Shown here one piece after another: positions 51,932-64,000 of a DNA stretch of 64,000 nt; the stretch's first letter is position 1; each line of letters begins with the position of its first letter. The notes under the pieces are model-generated. The model saw only the letters and a program-made list of their open reading frames with translations. It had not been told where the DNA came from and did no database searches. A program made the position numbers and the translations under genes. The DNA is from Octopus vulgaris (taxonomy: Eukaryota): the NCBI GenBank assembly GCA_951406725.2, contig OX597833.1, positions 59,768,001 through 59,832,000 on the forward strand, written 5' to 3'.

Positions 51932-52166
51932 AGGCGGTGAGCTGGCAGAAACGTTAGCACGCCGGGCGAAATGCTTTGTGGTATTTCGTCTGCCGTTACG
52001 TTCTGAGTTCAAATTCCGCCGAGGTCGACTTTGCCTTTCATCCTTTCGGGGTCGATAAATTAAGTACCAGTTACGCACTGGGATCGATGTAATCGACTTA
52101 ATTCGTGTGTCTGTCCTTGTTTGTCCCCTCTGTGTTTAGCCCCTTGTGGGTAATAAAGACATAGGT
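51932..52166 (+). mobile_element. SINE family B, full length, ~60 bp upstream of the exon-2 acceptor
   Basis: Family B consensus from ggcggtgagctggcagaa to ataggta. Confidence 0.9.
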
Positions 52167-52227
52167 AATAATGGAACTCAGATGTTGATGTAAATATATT
52201 TCTAAAGGGTGTTTGTTGTCTTTGTAG

Positions 52228-52321
52228 GAATGTTCGGCTTGAGGAAGATGATGCCCGATTTCGTCGTACTGCCTCAGGAACGATTAAATTTGAGGGCTCC
52301 GGTGGACAGTTCTCATCAAAG
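52228..52321 (+). CDS. TRPM: Second coding exon of a TRPM-like cation channel (R-NVRLEEDDARFRRTASGTIKFEGSGGQFSSK)
   Basis: Acceptor gtttgttgtctttgtag|G and donor AAG|GTAAGC; 94 nt, open frame. The peptide TASGTIKFEGSGGQFSSK resembles the start of the TRPM N-terminal homology region (TDAxGxIxFxG...K|YVR). The phase-0 intron after K matches the position I recall for TRPM genes. Subfamily cannot be determined, and the next exon was not found in the window. Confidence 0.75.
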
Positions 52322-53199
52322 GTAAGCTACATCTATACTGTCATCTTAAACTAAATTGTCTTTTAATTTGTACCTGGGACAGCATCATTTCTGGTGAGAA
52401 ACTGTGTCACCTTTAAGTCACTCAGTACTCCTTCTATTACGGAAGTATAATAAAAAACTATTTGTTTTGATAAATCATATGAAAATATTAAATTTGTGGA
52501 CCTATCCAACTGATATTACATTCATGGTTATGTGGTAATCTATCTGATTGATGAAGAAGGTCTAAAAACATTCATTTACAACTCAGCTGTATTTATCTCA
52601 TCCACTTTTCTGTGACAAAAACCTATTCATGAACATTTGACCTCCCATGTTGTAGAATAACAGAGAATATCACTGTTATGAACAAAGGATTGCCCACAAT
52701 GTACCTCCCCACTCTCTCTTTCGGAGAGGCACTGAGTACCTACACGCACATATACACACACGGCAGTAACTTCCGCCTACCGAATTCAATCACAAAGCTT
52801 CGGTCGACTCGGGGCTATAGCGGAAGACACTTGCCCAAAGTGCCACGCAGTGGGACTGAACCAGAAACCATGTAGCTAGGAAGCAATCTCCCTAACCACA
52901 CAGCCATGCCCGTGCCTACCATGTATTTAATAAAGGGTTTTGTTCTTAATTCCCAAAACAGTATGGTAGAAACCTGCACATGGTAAGTAGGTACAAAAGC
53001 CGAGATGTTGTGACCATAACAATGAAGATGGGGACACTCAGCTAAATTTATCAATGTATAATAATGATAATTCCTGGAGAAGGTTGGAGAGTTCCGTGAC
53101 TGAGATATTGTGACTATAACAACCATGATGAGGACAATAATAATAATAATATTAATGATATCATTTAGCATCCATTTTCCATGCTTCTTCTCTTCTTGA

Positions 53200-53482
53200 G
53201 ACAGCATTCACCTGGGGTGGGTTGAGCTGGCTTCATTCATCCTCAATGCTGCATCTCTCAAATGCCGACCAGACCTGGCGATTTGAGGCTAACGACCGCG
53301 TGATCTCCAAGCATTCCTTATTACAGCGGCGAACGCCATAGATATGGTGGCTTAGGTTGGGTTCCAGATCAGCCTTGACTGTCATCAGCCAGGTTTTTCG
53401 TTGTCCACCACATCGCTTTCGCCAACCCTGAAGAAGAGCTGGGGCAATTGCTTCATAGATGAATTCTCCAGGAGATTTTTCC
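53200..53482 (-). mobile_element. RTE-clade LINE 3' fragment inside a SINE-C copy
   Basis: Minus strand reads GWRKRCGGQRKTWLMTVKADLEP...LASNRQVWSA, an RTE C-terminal motif. Confidence 0.65.
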
Positions 53483-55284
53483 TGCTGGCATGAGTTGGAT
53501 GATTTGACAGGAGCTGGTAAGGTCACATCAAGCTCCATTGTCTGTTTTGGCATGGTGTCTATGGCTGGACGCCCTTCCTAATGCCAACCACTTTATAGAA
53601 TGTACTGGGTGCTTTTTACGTGGAACCAGTACCAGTGATTTTTATGTGGCAATAACATTTTCTCTTAAAAATTCAGACAAAACCATCATCTTGATAAATC
53701 TGTCTAGGATCCTGTATAGCAAAACAGGCTGGGGCTGTATGACCCAGTGGATGAGTTATAAGACATCGTGTTCAAGTCCATTGCAGTCTATTTCTCAGTA
53801 GAACAGTTTACTCTACAATTGGTGGGAATGGATGACAGTTTATTGGGAAAGTCACATGTAATGTATGCTAGCACTTTATCCAGGAGGAGGTTTATTCCTT
53901 ATTTCCCACCATGAAACCAAAACTAAGTTTCAGAGACGTTTCCATTTCACATGGCACAACACTTAGACAAATGCAAAGCCAGAATCCCACGATCATAGAA
54001 AATGGAAAGCAAAGGATAAAGCTGTGTATAAGTGTTAATTAATTATGTTTGGCATGGTACCTAATTATAATTCCTAATAATATCAATTAGCATTTAAATG
54101 TACTTAATAACCCATGCAGACTACAGACCTATGTTGAAAGTTGATCGAATTTCAACTAGATTTTCTGTAAATCAACTAAACATTGTAGATAGGATCTCTG
54201 CTATTACTGTACTGCCTCCTTATGTTAGAATATATAACCAAGTTTCTGTTTCTCTATTATATACACCTCTCTCTGTTAAAAATATATAACCAAGTCTACA
54301 GATTTACTCAACAAAATGAGATGATTATTCTGTATTCTCTGATATATATGTGTGTAGGAGTTATCTTCTCTTTAATAGCTGGATTGAAGACATTTTTCAG
54401 TGTTTTGCAAGATGACATTGTGCATGGTGTGTGGAAATTAGCATTGTTGCCTAGTGTAATATGAGTGTCTGTTTGTGTGTGTATATATATCTGTATGTGT
54501 GTCTGTGTCCTTCTGTGTGTGTCTGCATATCTGTGTATACTTCTTTATTTTTGTGTGTATGCATGTATGTCTGCACAAAGGTTTCTAGTCAAGTGCAATA
54601 TGTGTATGTGTTTCTTTATATTTATGTGTGCATGCATATGCATGTGTTTGTGTATATCTGATCGAGTGTAATATGTGTATGTCTATTTGTGTGTATACAT
54701 GTATGTGTCTGTATCTCTGTATGTCTGTCCCTATGCTTGTGTGTGCTTCTGAATATGTATGTGTGTGCTGTAAATTATAAGAGTAGCCATTGTGATTCAA
54801 ATGAAAGCAAAGCTGACAATTTTGTCAAATTAGGGTCAATTAGTACACTTAACCACCCTTAATAATCCAAAGGAATATAGCATCCACCCAGCAGGATGGC
54901 TTTTATGTTCCTTTGGTTACATCACCATAAACAGGGTAGGAGATGATGAAGGGTGGGGTATTGTTTGACCTAGCGCCCCACTTTACAAACTGGGTTGTTT
55001 TACTACTTTATTATGAACACCCCACCCTATACACCCTGTCATATACAATCATAGATTCATATAACACTTTCATACACACACACACACTATATATACACAC
55101 ACACACACACTCCCATGCACTCAACTACATATAGGCTACATTCGATATACACCCCCACACATAGCAGTCAGTAATTAAATGTGTTGTAAACAATGATGTT
55201 TAACTGTTAATTAGTTAGTACGCACCAAACAAGTGATGTGGTACTCAGGGTTTCAAATCTTGCTACAGACGTAGGATAGGCATT

Positions 55285-55440
55285 GGAGTGGCTGTGTGGT
55301 AAGTAGCTTGTTTACCAACCACATGGTTCCTGGTTCAGTCCCACTGCATGGCACCTTGGGCAAGTGTCTTCTACTATAGCCTCGGGCCGACCAAAGCCTT
55401 GTCAGTGGATTTGGTAGACGGAAACTGAAAGAAGCCCGTC

Positions 55441-55481
<41 letters not shown>

Positions 55482-55697
55482 TGTTTGTGTGTCTGTGTTT
55501 GTCCCCCTAGCATTGCTTGGCAACCGATGTTGGTGTGTTTATGTCCCCGTTACTTAGTGGTTCAGCAAAAGAGACCGATAGAATAAGTACTGGGCTTACA
55601 AAAGAATAAGTCCTGGGGTCGAGTTGCTCGATTAAAAAAGGCGGTGCTCCAGCATGGCCGCAGTCAAATGACTGAAACAAGTAAAAGAGTAAAAGAG
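55285..55697 (+). mobile_element. SINE family A
   Basis: Family A consensus. Confidence 0.9.
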
Positions 55698-56354
55698 ACG
55701 TTGATGACCTAAAGGGTGCACTGTGTTGTCACTATCACTTTGCTTCTTGTTGTTGCTAATGATGATGATGGTGGTAGTGGTAGGAGTGGAGTTGAATACC
55801 AGGCTTGAGGTGTCACAGGTAGAGGTCTTAGTTCATTAGTCTCTTATTGTCATCATCATCATCATCAATATCTTTAACTTTTTTTTCTACCCGCCTTACA
55901 ACAACAGGCATCAGCTCCTACCTTATACCTGTCTCTTCTTCCACCCCCAGCAGTAACAACTGTTTTCTTTGGTATCTCTGTTGTCAACGAAACAACTCTT
56001 AGATCTATTGTTTTAAATTCGCAACAACTTCCTCTGGTGGTCACATTACAGTCCCACTTGGGTACATCGTGGCTAGTTTGTCCTCTTTCTCCACTGTCCA
56101 AAGCTGGACTCAAGAACAGCCCCAGGCATCCCAGTAAGTCTGGCTGTCTCCTCCTGTTCTAAGCAGCAAAAATTGTCACCCTCAGGGGATCTATTTTTTG
56201 TTGACCCAAAACGGCAAATCTTTCCTCCACATCCAAAACTATTCAGTTACTTTTGAACCAACACTGTTCCTTCCATGCCCCTCTCAGTTGAGAAAGGTTA
56301 TAGTTCCTAGTGATCCAATAAACTGTTGAGCAAAGTGTCTAATTGGTATCTCAC

Positions 56355-57290
56355 TGCTGGCTAACCGCCATCTGACTGATGGCTAACCGCCGCCTCCCTG
56401 ATGGCTAGCTGCTGCCTCTCTGATGGGTAACCGCCGCCTCCCTGATGGCTAGCCACCACCTACCTAATGGTTAGCCACTGTATCACTGATTGCTAATGGC
56501 TAACTGCCGTCTCACTGATGGCTAACTGCCGTCTCGCTGATGGCTAACTGCTGCCTCCCTGATGGCTAAGCCACCACCTACCTAATGGTTAGCCACTGTA
56601 TCACTGATTGCTAATGGCTAACTGCCGTCTCGCTGATGACTAACTGCCGTCTCGCTGATGGCTAACTGCCGTCTCGCTGATGGCTAGCCACCACCTACCT
56701 AATGGTTAGCCACTGTATCACTGATTGCTAATGGCTAACTGCAGTCTCGCTGATGACTAACTGCCGTCTCGCTGATGGCTAACTGCCGTCTCGCTGATGG
56801 CTAACTGCTGCCTCCCTGATGGCTAGCCACCACCTACATAATGGTTAGCCACTGTATCACTGATTGCTAATGGCTAACTGCAGTCTCGCTGATGACTAAC
56901 TGCCGTCTCGCTGATGGCTAACTGCCGTCTCGCTGATGGCTAGCCACCACCTACCTAATGGTTAGCCACTGTATCACTGATTGCTAATGACTAACTGCAG
57001 TCTCGCTGATGGCTAACTGCCATCTCGCTGATGGCTAATCGCCACCTTGCTGATGGTTAACTGTCATCATGTTGATGGCTAACCACCGTCTTGCTGATGG
57101 TTAACTGCCATCATGTTGATGGCTAGCCATCACCTACCTGATGGATAGCCACTGTCTCACTGATTGCTGATGGCTAACAGCAGTCTCACTGATGGCTAAC
57201 CGCCGTCTCGCTGATGGCTAACCACTGTCTCGCTGATGGCTGACCGCTGTCTCCCTGAAGGGTAACCACCGTCTCCCTGATGGCTTATTG
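56355..57290. repeat. 22-bp minisatellite (gatggctaactgccgtctcgct) with ~117-140-bp higher-order units
   Basis: Basic period 22. The block ccaccacctac recurs at about 56453, 56572, 56689, 56827 and 56944. Confidence 0.9.
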
Positions 57291-57714
57291 ATGTCTTCTT
57301 TTACTGATGTCTAACTATGTCACAAGTCTCTGATCTCCTCACATTATTATAGTATTCTTGTTTCCATGGTATATTTACATAAATGAGGAGAAGGCGACAT
57401 CAGTTTGATATTTGTTTCCCACCCTACCCCCATACACACACAACATACAAACATATACACACACACATTTACATACACTTACGCACACACACATTTACAC
57501 CCCACACTTGTATACACACATCACACAGATTTACACACATGGTCATAGGTTAAATTCTTCTGTGCAATATATTCCCATACATTGCTGTCATTCCACCTCT
57601 ACCATTGCTCACCACCACACACCACTACATACCACCACCATCACAACCATAACTAGAAACTGCCACACATCACTGCTATACCACCAATTACCACCACTAC
57701 AACCACATGCTATC

Positions 57715-58108
57715 GCTACACCATCATCATCATCATCATCACACACCACCACTATGGAACAAGCACCACCACCATCGACACCATCACCACAACTACTGCG
57801 ATAACCACCACCTCCACCACCACCTCCATCACCACCACCACCATCACCACCTCCACCATCACCACCACCATCACCTCCATCACCACCACCCACCCACCAC
57901 CACCACCTCCATCACCACCACACCTACCACCACCTCCATCACCACCACCACCACCACCACCACCACCACCACCACCATCACCACCATCACCACCACCACA
58001 CCCACCACCATCACCACCACCATCACCTCCATCACCACCACACCCACCACCACCCACCACCACCACCATCACCACCACCACCTCCATCACCACCACAACC
58101 ACCACCAT
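57715..58108. repeat. (CAC)n/(CAT)n trinucleotide microsatellite
   Basis: Direct inspection. Confidence 0.95.
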
Positions 58109-58412
58109 ATTGCCAAAATAACAAGACACAATAACTGACGGAAACCTTTATTTTTGAAACAAATTTGACCTTTTCTCTAGAAAATGACAAACTAATGTTG
58201 CTGCTGTTATTATTGCCGTTACTGTTGTTTAGAAGTGAATGTGTTTGTTTTTTGTATAATGTTCCTTCCACCCCCCACCCCCACCCCTCTTCCATCGGTG
58301 GAGTTGGAACCATGACATAATACTATAATACTATACCAATGGCATGATTTGAACCACTGTCCTCTTGACTGGTTGTCCTTTTGCTGCCTGTGCCACATCT
58401 GCTCTGTTCAGT

Positions 58413-58627
58413 TTAACCCCCGTTAGGATTTAAACCGGCCAAATCCGGCCAAAAGTATTCTGCCTGTTTTATGTTCAAACTGGCCAGATCTGGTCTCTCA
58501 CACCAACCCTACAATATCGCTACCTCATCAAAATCTCACCGCTACAAGATAATGCATGTTTAGTTCAAAACAGTGTGGAGGAAAAAGCATTAATTTTAGC
58601 AGAATAATGTGAACACTAAAGGGTTAA
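58413..58627. mobile_element. piggyBac-type MITE
   Basis: TTAA-CCC at the left end and GGG-TTAA at the right end; homologous to the flanks of 17584-18332. Confidence 0.65.
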
Positions 58628-58729
58628 TGTCGCTGTATTTCAGCTGGAGCTGTTTTTCATCTGTCTGCTAGGACTATAGTATGTACCCAACTGATGTCTT
58701 GGGCAAACTTTGTGTGGTTGAATTCTTTT

Positions 58730-59367
58730 TAGTTTTTTACTTGTTTCAGTCATTGGATTTCAGGTATACTGGAACATCACCTTGAAGGGTTTTAGTCGCA
58801 GAAATCATCCCCAGGATTTACTCTTTGTAAGCCTAGTACTTATTTTGTCAGTCACTTTTGCTGGACCACTAAGTTATGGGGACATAAACACACCAACATT
58901 GGTTGGTAAGTGATGGTGGCAGGAGACAAACAGACTCACACATACACACACACACACACATATGATATGCTTCTTTCAGTTTCTGTCTACCAAATTCTCT
59001 CATAAGGCTTTGGTTGGCCTGAGGCTATAGTAGAAGACACTTGCCCAAGGTGCCATGCAGTGGGACTGAACTCAAAACCTTGTGGTTGGAAAGCAAGCTT
59101 CTTATTTCTTTATTGCCCACAAGGGGCTAAACATAGAGGGGACAAACAAGGACAGACAAAGGGATTAAGTCGATTACATCAACCCCAGTGCGTAACTGGT
59201 ACTTAATTTATTGACCCCGAAAGGAGGAAAGGCAAAGTCATCCTCAGCGGAATTTGAACTCAGAACGTAATGGCAGACGAAATACTGCTAAGCATTTCGC
59301 TCGGCATGCTAACGATTCTGCCAGCTCGCCGCCTTTGGAAAGCAAGCTTCTTAACATGCAGCCACAC
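58730..59367 (-). mobile_element. Older SINE-A interrupted by a SINE-B (59105-59334) with 19-bp TSD
   Basis: TSD ttggaaagcaagcttctta is at 59086-59104 and 59335-59353. Confidence 0.85.
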
Positions 59368-60324
59368 CTTTTGTACAAATTTGTTAGAAGATGTGGAAGG
59401 ATAGAGACCGTGAACTTTCAAAGGTCTTCAGTGATTGGTCAGATTGTGATGTGACCCTCCATATCAAAACAGCTGATCTTCACTGAAGCACTTTCGATAT
59501 CAACTTCCTCATGATTCAAACTTTCTGTTTTCAAGTGATCAGGATTAAAACCTTTTGTAAAAATTTCATTTTATCTTTCAAACACCAGCTTAATAACAAC
59601 AAAATAATTTTACTAAATTCTTCACTTATTTTAATATAATGAACTTATTGTATACAGTGCTCAGGTGCACCGCAAAGTTAATTAAAACAAAAGCAGAATA
59701 TTTCAATAGAAATATGGTGACAAAAGTGTTTGGTGTTTAACGCTTGTAGTCTTTGTATGTATGGTCGTGGTTGTTGTTGTTGTTGTTGCTCTCCCAACAT
59801 TCCATTGCCAGACACTTATTGCGGCACTTGGAGCTTCAGTAAGTGTTTGAGCTATTTTTGTAGTCGCTCCTCTAGTGAGCCATTCCAGATAAAATCAAAC
59901 CAGGATTTAAAGTGTTGCTCTGGTGTTGAGGAGACGTGACGTGGAACAGGAGGTAGGTGGTAACTGGTGAGTGTATCACTCGGTCCGGAACTACATGGCT
60001 GGAAGTAGAAAGGATTGTGATCTTAGGCAGTGACAATACCATCGTTGTCATTGTCTCTCGATGAAAACAATACACATTTGAATCATTTTACCACCACTAA
60101 TGACTGTCATATTTATATATGCACACACACCCATAAGGATCAATCTGCCATTTCACACACACACATGCACTATCGTCATCATCATCGTCATCAACATTGT
60201 CCATCTTCCATGCTGACTTAGGTTGGCTGGTTTGAGAGAATTCACCAAGTCAAAGGACTACTAATAAAATGTAAAGACATAGATACAAACAGAGCACATA
60301 AAACACTCACACACATCAAAGCAC

Positions 60325-60384
<60 letters not shown>

Positions 60385-60386
<2 letters not shown>

Positions 60387-60614
60387 GCGGCGAGCTGGTA
60401 GAAACGTTAGCACGCCGGGCGAAATTCGTAGCCGTATTTCGTCTGTCGTTACGTTCCGAGTTCAAATTCCGCCGAGGTCGACTTTGCCTTTCATCCTTTC
60501 GGGGTCGATAAATTAATTACCAGTTACGCACTGGGGTCGATGTAGTCGACTTAATCCCTTTGTCTGTCCTTGTTTGTCCCCTCTGTGTTTAGCCCCTTGT
60601 GGGTAGTAAAGAAA
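60385..60614 (+). mobile_element. SINE family B in a (TA)n tract
   Basis: Family B consensus. Confidence 0.9.
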
Positions 60615-60629
60615 TATATATATATATAT

Positions 60630-61003
60630 ATTTGGGTGTGTATTTTTCAATATATATATATATGTGTGTATTTTTCAATATATATATATATATATGTGTG
60701 TATTTTTCAATATATATATATATATATGTGTGTATTTTTCAATATATATATATATATATATGTGTGTATTTTTCAATATATATATATATATATGTGTGTA
60801 TTTTTCAATATATATATATATATGTGTGTATTTTTCAATATATATATATATATATGTGTGTGTATTTTTCAATATATATATATATATATGTGTGTATTTT
60901 TCAATATATATATATATATATATATATGTGTGTATTTTTCAATATATATATATATGTGTGTATTTTTCAATATATATATATATATATGTGTGTGTATTTT
61001 TCA

Positions 61004-61035
<32 letters not shown>

Positions 61036-61110
61036 ATTTTTCAATATATATATATATATATTTGTGTGTATTTTTCAATATATATATATATATATGTGTG
61101 TATTTTTCAA
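60630..61110. repeat. Variable-length tandem repeat (TA)n-tgtgtgtatttttcaa
   Basis: About 15 units with a constant core and variable TA count. Confidence 0.9.
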
Positions 61111-61789
61111 AAGTATCTGCTTTTTCATGGTTTCTACAACTGGATGCCCTTCCTAACACTAACCACATTACAGGATGTACTGGAGGCTTTTATTTCTTAT
61201 TTTCTTTTTGTAGCACCTGTGCTAGTGTTGTTACTATGTAACCACAAGACTAAAAAGACTGCCTGACTTAGTGAGAGTGTAGTAGAGAGTGAGACAGCTT
61301 TACGATAGAAGATGAGAAAGCTAAAGTATGAGGGAAGGGTCAGGAACAGGTTTCCTGCTCTAGAGGAGATACATGGCTTCCTCGCATTATAAAAGAGTGA
61401 GTGGAACGTTCAAGAGTATAAGGAATGCAAGTGAGGAACACTACACTACTACACACACATACACGCATACACGTGTGCGTGTATACAATGACTAAACTCT
61501 GTGTGTGTGTGGATTATTTACCATCTGCTTTCCGTGCTGGCATCGGTTTAGATGATTTGACTGGAACTGGTAAGCTAGAGATCTCCGCCAAGTTCCAGTC
61601 TGATTTAGCATGGTTTCTACAGATGGATGCCCTTCCTAATGCCAACCACTTCAAGAGTGTAATGGGCTCTGGTTCATTACAGCTGTTTCAGAGGGTTTTT
61701 TTTTATTGATAAACAAACCAATTACATCCTGTAAAAAAAAAAAAACATTTTTTTTTCTTCAGGTGAATTAAATTAAAGTAAAATTTAAC

Positions 61790-61887
61790 GCGTGGCACCT
61801 TGGGCAAGTTTCTTCTACTATAGCCTCGGGCCGACCAAAGCCTTGTGAGTGGATTTGGTAGACGGAAACTGAAAGAAGCCCGTCGTA

Positions 61888-61931
<44 letters not shown>

Positions 61932-62148
61932 CGTATGTGTTTGTGTGTCTGAGTTTGACCCCTAGCATTACTTGACAACCGATGCTGGTGTGTTTACGTC
62001 CCCGTCACTTAGCAGTTTGGCAAAAGCGACCGATAGAATAAGTACTGGGCTTACAAAGAATAAGTCCCGGGGTCAAGTTGCTCGATTAAAGGCGGTGCTC
62101 CAGTATGGCCACAGTCAAATGACTGAAACAAGTAAAAGAGTAAAGAGT
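61790..62148 (+). mobile_element. SINE family A, 5'-truncated
   Basis: Starts after the B box; intact tail. Confidence 0.85.
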
Positions 62149-62217
62149 ATTTAAGATGTTTCACACAAATAGTATAGGATGCATATTGACTCACTCATCT
62201 TGGTACCATTCGAGAGA

Positions 62218-62561
62218 GTTAGTTAGTTAATTTTTGGCTCAAAAATCAAAAAAAGCAAGGGGGACATGGAGTTATGTACAGGGTGGTGTTCATGTAAAGA
62301 GTTCAGGCCACTAGTGGTCAAGGGAGACTTTGAACCGAGCGGTCGTCGGCATCTTCACCATCTCGTCCGGCAGCTTATTCCATGGATCCGCAACCCGGAC
62401 GGAGAAAGACCCTCTCCTTCGATTGAGATGAAATCGTCGCAGATAGAGCTTTTTGGAGTGACCCCGCAGCCGACGCTCTGGAGCAGGAGTGAAGAACAGC
62501 TCCTTCGAGAGGTTACACCTTCCGCTTATGATGTTGTGAGCAAGAATGAGATCACCACGGA
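62218..62561 (-). mobile_element. CR1-clade LINE 3' fragment
   Basis: Minus strand reads RGDLILAHNIISGRCNLSKELFFTPAPERRLRGHSKKLYLRRFHLNRRR..FSVRVADPWNKLPDEMV. It has a (TAAC)n tail. Confidence 0.85.
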
Positions 62562-63131
62562 ATACTATTTTGTTGTTAACTGATGCTTGGCAACAAATCT
62601 GTCGACATTTCTAGAAGATGGAGAAAGAGAAGAAAAAAACTCCCATCCCAGTTGTAAGAGGTTAAAGGGTCTTTAGACAGTGACATCATTTTCAGATAAG
62701 CAGATGGGGCATCTCAATGATTGTTCTACATGCTACTAAGAGAGGCAAGGAAAAAGGATGATAAATAATAAAATGAAAATAAAAATGTACAAATAGAAGT
62801 AACACAGAATAATTATTATAAGGGAATCATAAAAAAAAAAGCAATAAAATGTAAAAGACATAGATACAAGCAGGACACAGAAAACACTCACACACATCAA
62901 AGCACCTCATATATATATATGTGTGTGTGTGTATTTTTCAATGTGTACAAATAACAAGGGAAAAATGAATAGGTAGTTACCAGGGTAGCAAAAATTCACA
63001 TAAGTGCCAAGGATATTAAAGCCTACTTATAAAGGTAGAAATTCCAGGGTTAAGTGAAATATAAATTAAGAAAAGGAGTCAGATGTGTTTGACACCATTT
63101 CATAATTTATTCACACACACACATATATATA

Positions 63132-63277
63132 GGCGCAGGCGTGGCTGCTTCCCAACCACATGGTTCCGGGTCCAGTCCCATGCATGGTACCTTGGGCAAG
63201 TGTCTTCTACTATGGCCTCAGGCCAACCAAAACCTTGTGAGTGGATTTGGTAGATGGATACTGGAAGAAGCCCGTCG

Positions 63278-63310
<33 letters not shown>

Positions 63311-63492
63311 TCTTGTGTGTGTCTGCTTGTTCCTCCACCATCGCTTGACAACCAATGCAGGTTTGTTTATGTCCCCGTAACTTAGTGGTTTGGCAAAAGA
63401 GACGGATAAAATAAGTACTAGGCTTAGAAAGAATAAGTCCTGGGGTTGTTTTCTTTGACTGACACTCTTTAAGGCAGTGCTCCAGCATGGCC
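63132..63492 (+). mobile_element. SINE family A (diverged)
   Basis: Family A head with a deletion; body conserved. Confidence 0.8.
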
Positions 63493-64000
63493 AAAGATCC
63501 CCTTCGGTCATGAATGATCATGGGATTACACCTAGAAAGTTCCCCTCTGAAGCACAAGTCCGGGCAAGGCTTTTTGTGGAAGACCAGCGGTCGCCTTTGC
63601 ATACCAGCTTCCCCACTCCATGCCACTAATGTTATCCAAGGCAAAGGCAAAGGCCGGTACACCAGTGATGTTGCAACTCATTTCTACAGCTGAGTGAACT
63701 GGAGCAAGGTGAAATAAAGTGTCTTGCTCAAGAACACAACGCACAGCCTGGTCTGGGAATCAAACTCACAACATCACGATTGTAAGGTCATTGCCCTAAC
63801 CACTGAGCCATGCGCCTTCACATACATATACTCACACAAAGAACAGCTATGGAATTATATTTTAAGATTATAGTTGGCGGAAGTGGCGACGGTGGATTTA
63901 ATGTTGATGATAATGTTGTTATTGAAATCAATTTATTTCTTTCGCCAAATTCTATGAGAAATTTTCCCCTATTTACTGAATTCTCAATCAATAGAGAATC

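Larger units (their letters stand above)
30818..52227 (+). other. 21.4 kb GT-AG intron of the TRPM-like gene
   Basis: Starts GTACAT and ends TTTGTAG. The join AG+G gives AGG (Arg) and keeps the frame open. Confidence 0.65.

Noticed and set aside
54221-54289. Peptide YVRIYNQVSVSLLY resembling the expected TRPM exon 3 start
   Set aside because: No phase-0 AG acceptor before it, a stop after 22 codons, and no conserved W..PxLxISVxGG motif.
55908-56132. Open frame between a CAG and a GTAAGT donor-like site
   Set aside because: The peptide has no TRPM or other recognisable similarity and the acceptor is weak; likely chance.

Overview
This is eukaryotic, AT-rich, repeat-saturated DNA. The SINE families and dense (TA)n/(CA)n microsatellites look like a cephalopod (Octopus-type) genome; this is recognition from memory, not a database result. 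Almost every ORF in the supplied track is a microsatellite or repeat artefact. The only host gene I can support is the 5' end of a TRPM-family cation channel on the + strand: two short exons missed by the ORF track (30723-30817 and 52228-52321) joined across a 21.4 kb GT-AG intron. The rest is tRNA-derived SINEs (labelled A-D here), 3' fragments of RTE/BovB, CR1, R4/Dong and Penelope retroelements, non-autonomous Helitrons, piggyBac- and hAT-type MITEs, and several minisatellites. The most unusual signal is four minimal type-I hammerhead ribozyme motifs, all on the + strand, in short Penelope-like repeats next to (TA)n tracts. One has a canonical core and lies in the sense strand of the TRPM intron. 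One has a compensatory G3:C8 core and caps an ~87-bp fold-back. There is also a hairpin with pri-miRNA-like geometry and several long intronic inverted repeats that could be ADAR substrates.
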